Under the pieces are notes generated by a model, which saw only the letters and a list, made by a program, of their open reading frames with translations, was not told the DNA's origin and made no database searches. From Octopus sinensis (taxonomy: Eukaryota): a stretch of 64,000 bases of DNA. Location: positions 48,608,001-48,672,000 of the forward strand of contig NC_043003.1 of NCBI RefSeq assembly GCF_006345805.1, written 5' to 3'. Both the position numbers and the translations under genes were made by a program. Positions 13,500-26,819 of this stretch are shown here, piece after piece. Position 1 is the stretch's first letter, and the number at the start of each line of letters is the position of its first letter.

Positions 13500-13692
13500 A
13501 CAACAATATGTTACATTACTCGATAGTCAAGATAAAACTCTGAGTTTCAGATGCCGAAGTGGAAATCCACAACACCATCTCTTCGGTTATCTGGCCAGAT
13601 AACCGAAGAGATGGTGTTGTGGATTTCCACTTCGGCATCAGAAACTCAGAGTTTTATCTTGACTATTGAGTAATGTAACATATTATTGTATA
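13497..13692. repeat. Spacer-less ~195-bp palindrome
   Basis: Centre tctgg|ccaga at 13594/13595; ~97-bp arms with about 3-4 mismatches. Confidence 0.95.
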
Positions 13693-13757
13693 GATAAATT
13701 TCCTGTATTTACATAATATTGAGGTCTCTTTCTTTCTTTTGTTATCTTACCGTTTTA

Positions 13758-13848
<91 letters not shown>

Positions 13849-14094
13849 ATATATGCCAGTGTCAGGTCAATGCCAGTGATGCCTGTTCGATTTTTTATGG
13901 TAGCATGGGGCAAACGGAATTCCTTGAGGCAGATTTTACTATAGAGAGATGCCCTTCCTCTCACCAATCCTCTCTGGTTTCCATGTAAAGTAGTATTTTA
14001 TAATGGCCTGACAGGGTTTCCCCAAAAGATCAAAACTGAAACATGATAGTTTATAACCATTAAGATCGTCGTTATATATGTATATATATATATT

Positions 14095-14475
14095 CTTTTA
14101 TTCTTTTACTTGTTTCAGTCATGTGATTGGAGCCATGCTGGAGCACTGCCTTTAGTCGAGCAAATCGACCCCAGGACTCATTCTTTGGAAGCCTAGTACC
14201 TATCCTATCAGTCTCTTTTGCCGAACCGCTAAGTTACAGGGACATAAACACACCAGCATCGGTTGTCAAGCGATGTTGGGGAGGGGGGACAAACACACAC
14301 ACATATATATATACATATATACGACGAGCTTCTTTCAGTTTCCGTCTACCAAATCCACTCACAAGGCTTTGGTCGACCCGAGGCTATAGTAGAAGACAGT
14401 TGCCCAAGGTACCACGCAGTGGGACTGAACCCGGAACCATGTGGTTCGTAAGCAATCTACTTACCACACAACCAT
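14095..14475 (-). mobile_element. SINE family A
   Basis: Collinear with the 21600 and 3345 copies. Confidence 0.85.
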
Positions 14476-14806
14476 ATATATATATATATATGTATATATC
14501 ACATATGTATCACACGTACATATGTGTATGTGTGATACATATGTGATATATGCATGTATGTATGTATATATGTATGTATGTATGTATGTATGCATCCATG
14601 TAAGTATGTATGCGTGTATGTGTATGAGTTATATGTATATCATACATATAAATCAGCAGATAACGTTCAAATAATGTACACACACACGTTTTATTGATGT
14701 TTAGAAAGATCGCCGATGTTTATATCATACATCTTACAAAAAACATATCACACGGTACAGCATATATTTTATCGAACCAGTTTCAATAAATGAATGTTGG
14801 ACTTAC

Positions 14807-14873
14807 AAAGATACTCCTTCTGACCCTATCTTCAGGATACCTGAACTTGTAAATTGACATCTTATTTTATCCG
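14807..14873 (-). CDS. Putative second coding exon of the same unidentified gene: (A)DKIRCQFTSSGILKIGSEGVS(F/L), phase 1-2
   Basis: Long pyrimidine tract ttttttgtttcatcgttccaaag and donor TTT|gtaagt. Only the phase-1 frame is open, matching the upstream phase-1 donor at 16170. Confidence 0.55.
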
Positions 14874-16169
14874 CTTTGGAACGATGAAACAAAAAAAGTA
14901 AATACTATGGATACTCATGTGGAGGATCTTTTCCTTTTGAAACGATCCCATGTGGAATTTTAATCAAAATGGAATACAATGGTTTTGGGCTCAGGCCAAT
15001 AACCGAAGTTTTTGTAGAGAAAACCCGAACAAAAATTATGAAAGCAACACATCCACTCTGACGAAAACAAAGAGAAATCGAATTGCTCATCTGTTGAATG
15101 TATGTCATATGAGACGTTATTCAACAGGATGTGCCAGGCACAAAAAAAAATCATGGAGAGAAATGCTTCAGATTAATGATTAACTCCCTCTTTAGTAGGG
15201 GCCGTACTATTTTCCAGCAAGAGAAATAGTCTTTTGATTAGAATGGCCAATTCAATGAGAGATAAAGGATACAGGTTCAGTCTCTGGCCCAGCCAAGGAA
15301 CATGCCCGAAGATCATTGTATAGAATGCTGCTCGAAATGTTGTCATCATACAGCAAACATACAAAGGTAGATTGATAAAATTACAACATACACATACACA
15401 CGCGAACACAAGGGGCTATTTTTTTAAAAATACAAACTTTATTTTGAGGGCTCCAAAACATTTAGTACATAGTGGTCAGTTATGTAATCATGTAGTGTTT
15501 GTGTGTGTGTGTGTGTGTGTGAACTATTGTATTAAAGATTGGTGAGTGCGTTTATTTGTATAGCATTATTTGTTGGATGAACAAACTGAAGAAACGACTG
15601 TTTTGGAAATATATACACAAATACACACACACACACACGACTCAGCTTGCATGAGAAAGTGAAGAAATGAACTTGTGAAATTTAAAATTTTAAATATTCA
15701 AAATATCTTTTCCGTATGTACGTACACATATAATAAATACATTTGGCATTCTATCAGGAATGCCACATTAAAATGTATCTCAAAATATTTAACAATTGTT
15801 AAATATTTTATTGTCATCGTTAACAATGTTAAAATGTATAATTGCTATCAACAGTTTGTTTTGATTTATTCAAAAGCAGGTATTAACGTATTCATTTGTT
15901 ACATTTACACAAGGTTAGGTATTTTAAAAACACATTGATAATTAACTTTGTTAGTTTTAACAAAATTAAAAAAAGGGTCATTCATAAAATTTCCGCACAT
16001 TATTTCTACTTTTAACTTTCTTTCTTTCTTTCATTCCTCCCCCGCCTTTTTTTTAGGCGCCCTCCACTCTCTGATTATTTTTCTCTTTCTCTCCTGCCCT
16101 CACAGTCATTCAAACCTATTTTTTTTTCTTTTGGTAAGAAACAAAAGTTGACAAATACATCTTTCTTAC

Positions 16170-16200
16170 CTGTGAATTGTACATGTGTAGGATTCCACAT
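16170..16200 (-). CDS. Putative first coding segment of an unidentified gene (within exon 16170-16236): MWNPTHVQFT, phase 1
   Basis: Acceptor tcatattacag at 16237, in-frame TAA upstream of the ATG, aaaacATG context, strong donor CAG|gtaaga. Confidence 0.55.
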
Positions 16201-16339
16201 GTTTTAATCCCTTTTTTTTGTTTATCGCCAAATCGGCTGTAATATGATAATAATCCGTCCACTGGTTTTGAAAGTTTTAACAACAATGTAAAATAAAAAG
16301 TCTTTAAAATAATTTAAATTTATATAAATATGTATAAAT

Positions 16340-17030
16340 GTTATAATAGTAGCTCAGTGGCGGGCTTGCCTGCTGATGAGCTGTAATATTATTTTCTCAA
16401 AGCCAACTTTGCTCAATGTTAGTAATCCTTCTTCCGTTTTCTATACCGTCCTCTCTTACACCTTGAATATGTCAACCCCCCGTGATGGCTCTCCACCTTT
16501 ACCCCACTCTTTCTCGCGCGCTCGCTATTTCTCTCACAAGGGGCACCCAACCGCTGTCCCAGACTGGCCTACTTTCTGCGCTAAGTCGTAGTGTATATGC
16601 AGTTTTTACAGATCGCACGTAGCGAATGTATACCTCTATTTACCTAGGTATGTAGGTGTGCGCTATGTGTCTATGAAATCAGTAACGTGTGTATGTGGAA
16701 TACATCAACTCTGTCTAGTCGTCCTAACAGTGTGTATTTCTACGCTCGCTTTCTCGCACACACTAACTTACCGATATACCTTTATTTGTTATATACTTCT
16801 CGCAGTTAATTTTTTTTTCACCTGAAGGCAACCTTGTACTTTTACCGCTGTTGAGTGGCGTTGTTTTTATTTCATTTATACTTCCCCAATTAAAAGAAAT
16901 AAAACAAAACAAAGTTACTTTCATCAGACTTTCACGATTATTTATTTTTACAGTTTAACCAAACACTTCGTAACTTAAGAAAACTACATCTTCACTCTTA
17001 GATGAATAAACACGATGTATGTAAGTTACT
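16340..17030 (-). promoter_or_regulatory. Putative promoter and non-coding first exon region (CpG-retaining), donor G|gtaagt at ~16771
   Basis: Repeat-free, CpG-rich relative to 1-16 kb (e.g. ttctcgcgcgctcgc). Lies directly upstream of the two putative coding exons and has consensus minus-strand donors at ~16771 and ~16821. Confidence 0.45.
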
Positions 17031-17092
17031 AAAATAACTATGTTTACATATACACACATAAAGTATATATATATAATATATATATATAATAT

Positions 17093-17178
<86 letters not shown>

Positions 17179-17184
17179 ATATAT

Positions 17185-17246
<62 letters not shown>

Positions 17247-18299
17247 ATATATATATATGGGTGACTGGTTCTCAGTCGTTCAACGATGAGGATTTCTTTG
17301 GTCCATCAATTTACATTACCTGTTCATTAAATTAAAGTGGAAGTAGCAGAGCGTTCCACAGAAAAACTGTATTCCTAAGGTAACTCTCGGGCAAAATGAG
17401 CAGGACTTAGTGTGCGATGATGCTGTCCGTTGGAATTAACGGTATAATCTATCTGTACAGTTTCGATCTATCCAATTTCTCTTCCAAGTGATCGAACACG
17501 TGATCTAACGGTTGTAAAGCGAACTTCTTACCTTCAGTATTAGTATGTCTACATAAGTGTCTGTGTGTGTATACAATCACTTTGTAACTTTTGCCAAGTA
17601 TGTATGTATGTATGTGCTTGTGTGTGTATGTATGTGTTTGTATATATTGATATATATATATATATATATATATATGCATACATACATACATACATACATA
17701 CATACATACATACATACATACATACATACATACATACATGCACGTGTGTGTATCTATATCAACTTGTGTTTATATTACGATATAAAAACAAAAAGCTGCT
17801 TATATACAACTTTTTGCTGGAAGAGGGTAAAGTCTTTAAAATGTTAATTTATGTGAAATAAACAGTAGGGCATTCTTGTGTGTTTGTGCATATATATTGT
17901 ATAAGCATACACACACTCATTCACTCACACACACGAGATACATTTGTATGTTTAACATACACAACACGTGCCTACATAAAGAATATATATATATATATTC
18001 TTTTATTCGTTTCAGCCATTTGACTGCGGCTATGCTGGAGCACCGTCTTTGTAATCCTAGTACTTATTGTATCGGATCCTTTTGCCGAACCGTTAAGTTA
18101 CGGGCGACGTAAATATACCAACACCGATTGAAAAACACAGACATAAACACACACACATACACACATGTTTGGTAGGCCCAAAGCTATAGCAGAAGACACT
18201 TGCCCAAGTTGGGACTGAACACAGAACCATGTGGGTGGGAAGCAAGCTTCTTACCACACTGCCACACCTGCGCCTATATATACACACACACACATATAT

Positions 18300-18341
<42 letters not shown>

Positions 18342-18673
18342 ATATACACACACACACATATACATAACGTATACGTAACATATGTAGACAGGTATGATAT
18401 TTTGAACTGCCTATAAAAAGTGGAAGCAAGTTTATTTTGTCTTGCCGTGCCGTGTTTATGTTTGCTGCTGAGTGAATGTAACTCGGTTATTAAGTTTCAC
18501 ATTACAATATATATTTTTTAGAGTTTTTCTTCATTCATGACAAAATGCGTAGGCTTGACAGATGTTGCTGAGGTTGAAGTTGCAAATACAGAGAGAGAGA
18601 GAGAGGAAGCAGTGGGGATGTTATCAGATTATCAGCAAAGAAGTACGAATGCGTGTGTGTGTGTGTGTGTGTG

Positions 18674-18733
<60 letters not shown>

Positions 18734-19315
18734 GTGTGTCGGGTGGAGCGAAATGTTGAGTTAGATAATCAATGAGATTGGCTTCCTTGAAACGTTAAAA
18801 AGACCTTTCCAAGAGCGTTTTAGAATCCAGCATCCTTCATACGCGGCACATGAAATTAATTATCTTATTTTTACGAAATTTATCAATTAGAACATTAATG
18901 GCTGTGAAAGCTGAGAGTCAGACGGCGATAACTGCGTTCTAAACGAACACCTGAGTTGATAGAACTGGGAGTTGGAGAGATTCTTGTGAACACACGCTGC
19001 TGCCGAAGTATATCCTGAAAGATGCAACTGATTCAGTTGTTATAATTATCGTGTTTTTAGACGGACAAAATGCTGAGCGGCATTCCTTCCAGCTCATTAC
19101 TTTCATGAAGCCGAGTGTCCTAGTGGTTAATCTGTTACACTCACCGTCTCCAGATCGTGGGTTCGATTTCCGAACCGGGCAGCGTGTTGTGGTCTTGAGC
19201 AAAAAAAAAAAAAAACTTCGTTTCACGTTGGGCCAGCGCTGTGTGGAGAGACCAGCACGTCAAAGAATGGACACAACGACTACATAGTATGTGTGTGTGT
19301 GTGTGTGTGTGTGTG

Positions 19316-19358
<43 letters not shown>

Positions 19359-19489
19359 GTGTGTGTGTATGTATGTGTGTATGTGCGTGTGCATGCTTCT
19401 TTCTCTTTTTAATTTAGTGTAAACTTTGACCAGCTGTCTACTTGGAAGTAAGGTTGTGAAGGAAATCATCTTTAAATGGTCTTGCAGAA

Positions 19490-20330
19490 TTTTATAGTCC
19501 CAGATATCGCGATCATTTGTAGCGTATAGATTAAGGGTTTACGTTCTCTCCCCAAGATCCCAAGCTCAGCCATACTTTGCCCCAGACGGGTTGGTATGTA
19601 TCTCGTTGCTCTAATAATAACAGGCATGAAACTGAAAGTGTATTTGCAAGCCTCTTATCAATGGTCCATAGATATCCTCTTTCTCTTGCATTTTTCGGAC
19701 CACATTGGTGCCCAGGAGGCAGCTGATTTCCACAGCAGAACACATATTTTTCTTTGTGGTCCAACACAACAATATCTAGGAGGTTGTGTTGTTACTTGGT
19801 GGCTGTTTTAATTTTTAAGTTTCACTTATATTCTTTTCACGCATCGATTTATCTCTGTAGGTGCTTTCGTTTCTGTTATCCTGCTCCAGACTGTTCTGCC
19901 ACCGCATCATGTCTCATAGGAAAATATCCGGAAGACATTCTCTCACAGTTGGCAATAATGTTCTTGAAATCTTCAACCTTGGTCTTGTACAGCCTACATT
20001 TGTTATGTGTCGGTGTTTACTGCCTTTTATGCATTAAATACTTGGTTGGGGAGTATCTCTTGTTCCTGGGTTGTATCGATGTAGCCTTCGAAGGGGTGTG
20101 TCATAAATTTTTGGGTACTCCATGCCAAGCTTTTTACATGATCAGTCAATTCTATGGTTTGTGTTTTACGTGCCAAGTAGCCATGTACTATCTTTTCAGT
20201 GAACTGGTCTATTTTTCATTCTATTGTTCTGATACATTGATGTTACCAATGCTCCTTGAGGAAAGATCTGAATGAGCTCTTATTTCGTGCCTCCTCTCAA
20301 ATTCATTAACTATCCTAATTATGTTGTTTA
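19490..20330 (-). mobile_element. Degenerate RLE-type (R2/R4/NeSL group) LINE 3' fragment
   Basis: Frameshifted QEQEI, zinc-knuckle-like region and YTFSFMPVIIRAT.YIP (PVIIGALG-like); GC-richer block between microsatellites. Confidence 0.55.
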
Positions 20331-20494
20331 TTTCATGGTCACATACTTGGTAATATAGTTACTGGTTTCTTTCTTATGTATGTATGTATGTATGTATGTA
20401 TGTATGTATGTATGTATGTATGTATGTACGTACGTACGTACGTACGTACGTACGTACGTACGTATGTATGTATGCATGTATGTATGTATGTATG

Positions 20495-20525
<31 letters not shown>

Positions 20526-21599
20526 GTAAACTATACCTTTAATATTTATAAATAGCCAATATCGGAACCAAAATGATGGTATTAGCAGTGAAAGCACAAT
20601 TATAATCCAAGGAAGGCGCCGAGCTGGCATAATCATTAGCACACCGGGCAAAATGCTTAGCGGTATCTTGTCCATTCACGTTCTGAGTCCAAATTCTGCC
20701 GTGGTTGACTTTGTCTTTCATCCTTTCGGAGTCAGTAAAATAAGTACCAGTTTTGCTGCAGGATCGATGTAATCGACTAGTCCCCTCCTCACAAAATTTC
20801 AGGCTTTGTGCTTGTAAGTAGAAAGGATTATAATCCTAAGATTAGATCAAGAAGGGATTCGAGGGGAAATACTTTAACAAATTGACGCAAAATACTGTCC
20901 CTATGATAGTAAGGGCAAACTGCCAATCACGAAGCGAATTCTAAAACTCTTCGGAATAAGCAGTCACGGGTTCATCTTCTCGGTACTGTGAAGTTATCTT
21001 AGAATTCACTGTCGTGAATATTGCATTTAAAATCTTTGTTATATTAGTGTTTTTTCTTCTTTTGTAATGAGCCATTGTTTTCCAAAATGTAATGCACGGT
21101 TTGAACTGAAACACATTATAGTCGCATCTTTTCTTTCTATGGTGAATTCATTAAGGTTATATTTGAATAATTGAAGTTGGCCTCAGAGATTCAGTGTTCG
21201 TGTAACATTTTTTTTAACTGTACAGGCTGAATATTTTTCTCCACAAACTAAAGTTTTAGGGTTTTTGTTTGAGAGATTTACTTTTTTTTGCCATTCCTTA
21301 TTTATTTAATTGTTTTATTCGAGATCGGAGATTAAGGCACAGTTTTAAACATTTATAGCACTTACAGACTTTTGGTCTTTCATCCGTTAATTAACACGAT
21401 ACAATTTTCCTAGATATTTTTCCATTGGAATGCTAAAAGCCTACAACAGGAAACAACATTATTTTTTCCCAATCGGAAATTCTCAAAATTAATTATTAGA
21501 CTATTTCATTATTATATCAGTTTACCCTCAGTTAAAGATAAAAAAAAGTGCTACTTTTAGAAAAAAAAAAGATAAAAAGAAAAGTGAAAAGGCTCTCTC

Positions 21600-21835
21600 T
21601 CTCTCTTTTACTCTTTTACTTGTTTCAGTCATTTGACTGCGGCCATGCTGGAGCACCGCCTTTGGTCGAGCAAATCGACCCCGGACTTATTCTTTGTAAG
21701 CCCAGTACTTATTCTATCGGTCTCTTTTGCCGAACCCGCTAATGACGGGGACGTAAACACACCAGCATCGTTGTCAAGCAATGCTAGAGGGACAAACACA
21801 GACACACAAACATATACACACACATACATACATAT

Positions 21836-21906
<71 letters not shown>

Positions 21907-22068
21907 TACGACAGGCTTCTTTCAGTTACCGTCTACCAAATCCACTCACAAGGCTTTGGTCGGCCCGAGGCTATAGCAGAAGACACTTGCCCGAGATGCC
22001 ACGCAGTGGGACTGAACCCGGAGCCATGTAGTTGGTTAGCAAGCTACTTACCACACAGCCACTCCTGT
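21600..22068 (-). mobile_element. SINE family A, young full-length copy; further copies at ~4080-4335, 7490-7720, 9605-9830, 11560-11765, 13283-13445, 18000-18275, 23525-23900, 41470-41620, 46810-46955, 49835-50410, 52070-52390, 60740-60930, 61540-61660
   Basis: All CpGs retained; head, core, microsatellite and tail present. Confidence 0.88.
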
Positions 22069-22099
22069 CGAAGTCATGAAAATTTGTGACTATCGAACA

Positions 22100-22455
22100 T
22101 GAAGCAATTCCCAATTCCAAAAGCCAACATCAGATTAATGTGATTATTCAGTTCAAACATTTCTTCAGTCACCAGTGATTTAGAGCGCGACATAGAAAAA
22201 ATATCAGATCGTGGACTTAAAAGTTGATCAATGGCCAAGTAAAATTAACACTGACACACATATCTTGTTATTCTGTGTTTCAACATTTAGATTCTGACTT
22301 TGGAAAAGTGTTATCTCAAGGAACACCAAGAAAAGTAACACGAGTGTAGAATTTTTCGAACTCTGCCAAATGGTTAAAAAAAACCCCCTGTTGAGATCAT
22401 TGCTGGCGTAGTCTTTTTCCAACAAATCTCTTTACTGTTTTTCATGTAGACTACT
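22100..22455 (+). mobile_element. Very old L2/CR1-group RT fragment
   Basis: SDLERDIEKISD.GLK resembles LQxDLxxIxxW; otherwise heavily decayed. Confidence 0.35.
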
Positions 22456-22459
22456 TTCA

Positions 22460-22690
22460 TACAAAGATGTACTTGCATAGCGAGTGACTTGATCTGAGAT
22501 CGTGTGCTGGAACGAAAACAATTGCAGCGTGGAAGGTGTTTATAAGCCATTTAAGAAACACACAAAACCGTTAGATTCACTTCAACATTTAAATTTAACT
22601 TTGACAAATTAAATTTAAATGTTGAAGTGAATCTAACGGTTTTGTGTTTTACTTAAATGGCTTATAAACACATTCCATGCTGCAATTATT
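22460..22690. mobile_element. Palindromic (foldback) repeat, copy 2, centre deleted
   Basis: Same leader gatgtacttgcatagc..gatctgagatcgtgtgctgg and same arms as the 7116 copy, but lacking the inner arm segment. Confidence 0.75.
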
Positions 22691-24124
22691 TTCATACAGA
22701 AGTCACTAAAAGTTTAATTAGAGTATTCGATCGTGAATCCAGTTTAGCTCATGTTTGGAATTGTACACAATAGAAAGAGTTCAAAATTAGGACTGCTCAT
22801 GGAGACAAAAATAAAAGAACAAGAAGCTATTGAAATGAAGAAGTGGAAAGATTTCTTTCAGGAATATTTGACATCATTAGATTGTCAGTTAAATAGAATC
22901 TGGCTTTTCGCGGTCACTATGAAATTAATAATGAGATCGACCCGAAACAACGGAAAATAAAAAAAAATTTTTAGAGTTAGGCCATTTGTTGTCAAAATAT
23001 GACCCAGTATTGCGTGATCATCTTCTAAGAATCAAGCTGGGAAAAAAGTGTATTATTTCCTGTGTTACCTACTTGTCGGAACGAGTTTATAGAAATTTTG
23101 AGCTTGAAGAAGTAAAGAAGCAAAGCCGTCGAGCGAGTAAAACAAGCTAGTATTTTTCCAATATTTCATACGAAGACCAAACGAGTCGTGTTTTACGTCA
23201 CGTTATGATCCATAGAAATACAGCAAAGATTGTGGGTCATTTTTGGATTAAGTTGAATCAAAAGGTTAACCACCGAGACAAAGATGATAATGCTGTTGTG
23301 ATGGCTTGTTAGTATTACTAGTCATTTATGATGCAACAAATGAATTAATCGAAAAGTAGAATATACTGTGTGTACAATAGTAAAAACAGAATTTGTCGCT
23401 CATACAATCGTAAAATAGAATTTGTCGTTTTTACAAACCATACACTTAACTTGATATGTGTACACGCAGTTTCCGGTCCTGTAAATACTGTTACCTCTCT
23501 TGGAACTGTAGAATGTTTCTATCTTTTGTCTTTTACTAGTTTCAGTCATTAAACTGCGGCCATACTGGAACGCCTCCTTGAATTTTGTCGAATGAATCGG
23601 CCCCCAGGACTTAGTTTTTTTAAACCTGATATTTATTATGTCGGGCTCTTTTACTGAACTGCTCAGTTATGGGGACGCAAACATACCTATCCCGGTTGTC
23701 AAGCGGTGGTGGGTGTACAAACGCAGACACACACACACACATGACCGGGCTTCTTTCAGTTTCCATATATCAAATCCACTCACACGGCTTTAGTCGGCCT
23801 GAGGTTTTAGGAGAAGACACTTGCCCAGGGTGCCATGTAACGGGACTGAACCCGGAGCCATGTGTATGGGAAGCAAGCTTCTTACCACACAGCCACGCCT
23901 CACGTTTTTTCTTCATCAACCCAATGTTGGGATGTTCTGATACCAAACACTAGTCAATGCGTCTACACTGTGGAGTACAAGGAAAGAAGCTGTGGGTGTT
24001 GTGAAAAAAAACCTTTCTCGGTAGAATTTGACCTGAAGAAACAGCTAAAATTTCCAGCTCTTATCATCCAGACAGTACTGAGACTAGATATCATCTTTAT
24101 TTCCGAGACAAGTTAGTTAATCCT

Positions 24125-24560
24125 ATTGGAGTTAACTGTGTTCTGGGAAAAGAGGATGGAAGAGGCGCAAGAAAAGAAAAGAATTAAATATCAGAAATTG
24201 GTGGAGGACTACTGCAAGAATGGATGGAAAAACAAGCTGTTTGCCAATGGAGGTTAGCAGACATATTTTCACAGGTCGTATCCTGAGTAAAGCCTGTGAA
24301 ACTCCCGACATAATAGGAATGAAGAAAAGTAGAACCAGCAAGAACAACGTAGATACTGCTGAAAAAGTATCACGTTGGCTCTGGCTGAAAAGAGATATCG
24401 GTAGGGTTAGTAGAATGACTCTGGGACACAGGCCTGGTCTTGATCATGCTTGGTCATGTCGCTAGTGTGAGGTTGTATGTTGTAAGACTCGAAACATCCA
24501 GTAACCCTGACATACATGACTGACTGTGTATCTGAATATTGCACCCGCTGATGTATGCTG
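24125..24560 (+). mobile_element. HERO-like RLE LINE 3' fragment
   Basis: LTVFWEKRMEEAQEKKRIKYQKLVED..GWK..CLPMEV..AEKVSRWLWLKR matches the ELTVPWE..K..KY..L..GW..EV..A..ASRWLW.KR pattern. Confidence 0.75.
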
Positions 24561-24784
24561 AATAGAGCAGCTAATTGGCGAAGAGGAAAATACAGATACC
24601 AGGTGAGGTATGCTGTTTGGTGCGTTGCCGTTTCTTTTCTTTCCGTGCTTTTTTTGACGATGGAGATCCATCTTTCTAGAAATTATAAATACTCAGGCTT
24701 CGTTCCAAACTAAAGGAATTAACACACAGCAAAATATCAATTTATTCTTGTCTATTAAATCACGTGATACTTGTCATTGCTATA

Positions 24785-25030
24785 TCTATTATATAAAATC
24801 CGTTCTGTCTGTGTGTGTGTGTGTCTTCTAGGATCTCGGGCATCCTCCATCCGATTGCACTCAAATTTGATATGTAGATACCGACGGTATCAAGGCGTGT
24901 ATAAGTCTTGAAAAAAATTACAAAAATCGATTCCAGGTGAGAATGCGATCGATAAAGCCGTGGGAACGTGCATTTGTACGCGCATCGGACAAATTGTTTT
25001 GAGAAAATTTGGTTTAATGTTTGACAACTC
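24785..25030 (+). mobile_element. Helitron/DINE-like non-autonomous element, 5' part
   Basis: Starts atctattatataaaatccgttctgtctg followed by a (GT)n tract and ccgattgcactcaaatttg, the usual layout of Helitron-derived interspersed elements. Confidence 0.5.
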
Positions 25031-26313
25031 AGCACCGTCCATTGGACGGGGGGCGGGACGTTTTACTCGTGTATTAATTTAGGTATCGTTTGTGAAATCG
25101 TATGCACTATAATTCTTTCTACTATAGGCACAAGGCCTGGAAATTTGGGAAAGGGGCTTTAGTCTGTTGTGTCTGCTTATACATTTCTTTTCGTCTCAGT
25201 GGAATTTTATGTAAATTTATTTTCCTTTGAGATCAACAAATACGTGAATTAAAAATAATAAAAGTTGAAATAAAGCTGTCCCCTACTTCAGTGTTTCATG
25301 TATTATTATTATTATTGATTTGACTAAAGTACGTTGTTATTCCTAGCAGAATTTATGTGGGTAGCAGGTTACTACCTGTAATCTTACGTATCCACAAGCT
25401 TTCAATAGTCTTTCAAGTGCTTAAAACCCTCCTGATAATCTTTCCTATCCCAAAGACGCAAAATTTCTGTAGAAGTTCTACAGGAATTTTATTCTTATTT
25501 CCTTCAACCATTTGTTTACGTCTTTAATCACAATTCCCAATGAACAATATTATTACTGTTGTTATTGTTGTTGCTGTTGTTGTCTTCTTCTTCTTAATTC
25601 TTCTTCTTCTTCTTCTTCTTCTTCTTCTTCACACTCATTAGCCACAAAGTATAATCTCTAATTCGAACCTACTTTAAGCTACTAAGAATGCGTGTGCTTT
25701 CAGTTCAAGTCCCGCCGAGTTCGCCTTCTTTGCCTTTTATCTTTTCGGAGTCGATAAAATGAGTGCCATTTGGAAACGGGGTCAATGTAACCGACCATCT
25801 CTCGCTCTTTAACATTCCTGGCCTTATGCCAAAATTTGGAATCATTATTATTGTGTTCGTAAGAGGAAGATATCGTCTTGGAGCTCGTAAGTTGTTGTTA
25901 GATTTTGTTTCGAAGAATTTTATTTTGATTTTCGCTGAACGAATTTTGTCATGAAGCCAATCTCAATCCTGTGAGGCCAGTTGGCTTTTTGAACATTTCG
26001 CCATCTCGGTGCGAATTTTGTAACTTCTAATAGCAAAGTTGTAACTTTTGGAAGTAAAGTGATTTTTTTCCCTTCATTTTTCAAGATAAAAGGAAAACAA
26101 AAGCAGCCATATATCTTCTTAAAATGGAAGGAAGAGATGGCGTTTGGATAAGCCATTATGAAAAATAGTTTCTCACCACTGTCTGCTACAATTAACAGAG
26201 AATCTATGAATAACAAAAGCAATGACGACAACAACAAAAGCACAAAGGAAATAAAGCTTGAAAACAACACAGCCATCACACCTCACACCACTACAAATAT
26301 TAGTAACAAGAAG

Positions 26314-26366
<53 letters not shown>

Positions 26367-26482
26367 ATGAATAAGACAGATGAATATGGAAACAAATCTT
26401 TGCTAATACTCTTGAATCAGAGCCTAACAAGTATTCTAAAACAGAATCTATGCATAGTTCACATACTGCTACTTTGCTTCTG

Positions 26483-26513
<31 letters not shown>

Positions 26514-26819
26514 TTAATTCTCCATTGTACTAATTCTGTTTAGTGTTAGTTCATGTAAACAATAATCATTGCAATATCTATTTATCATGTCGCTTCAAGC
26601 TATATTTTATTGAGAGAACAGCTCTAAGTGTTTGAAGTTATATCGTATTTCTCAACTTTATTTTGATAGCATTCATGCTGCTTTTGAATTAGATAACATT
26701 TCAATTAGATAATATTAAACATTTGAATTACACAATATCAAGAGATTAAAAGCAAGTATTGGCAACATCCTCCTGAGGAATTTCTTCCAATAGCATCTTT
26801 GTAATAATAATGATCTTTC

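Noticed and set aside
14900-15410. Short ORFs in a unique-looking block as additional exons or a transposase
   Set aside because: Stops in all frames, no recognisable motifs and no consensus splice pairs.
17440-17545. Hammerhead-like motif on the minus strand (ctgaagg...gatcGAAActgtacag)
   Set aside because: The core reads CUGAAGG and the cleavage-site U is absent; too degenerate to call.
26158-26370. 70-aa Asn/Ser-rich ORF
   Set aside because: Low complexity ending in a (CAG)n tract; no splice or domain support.
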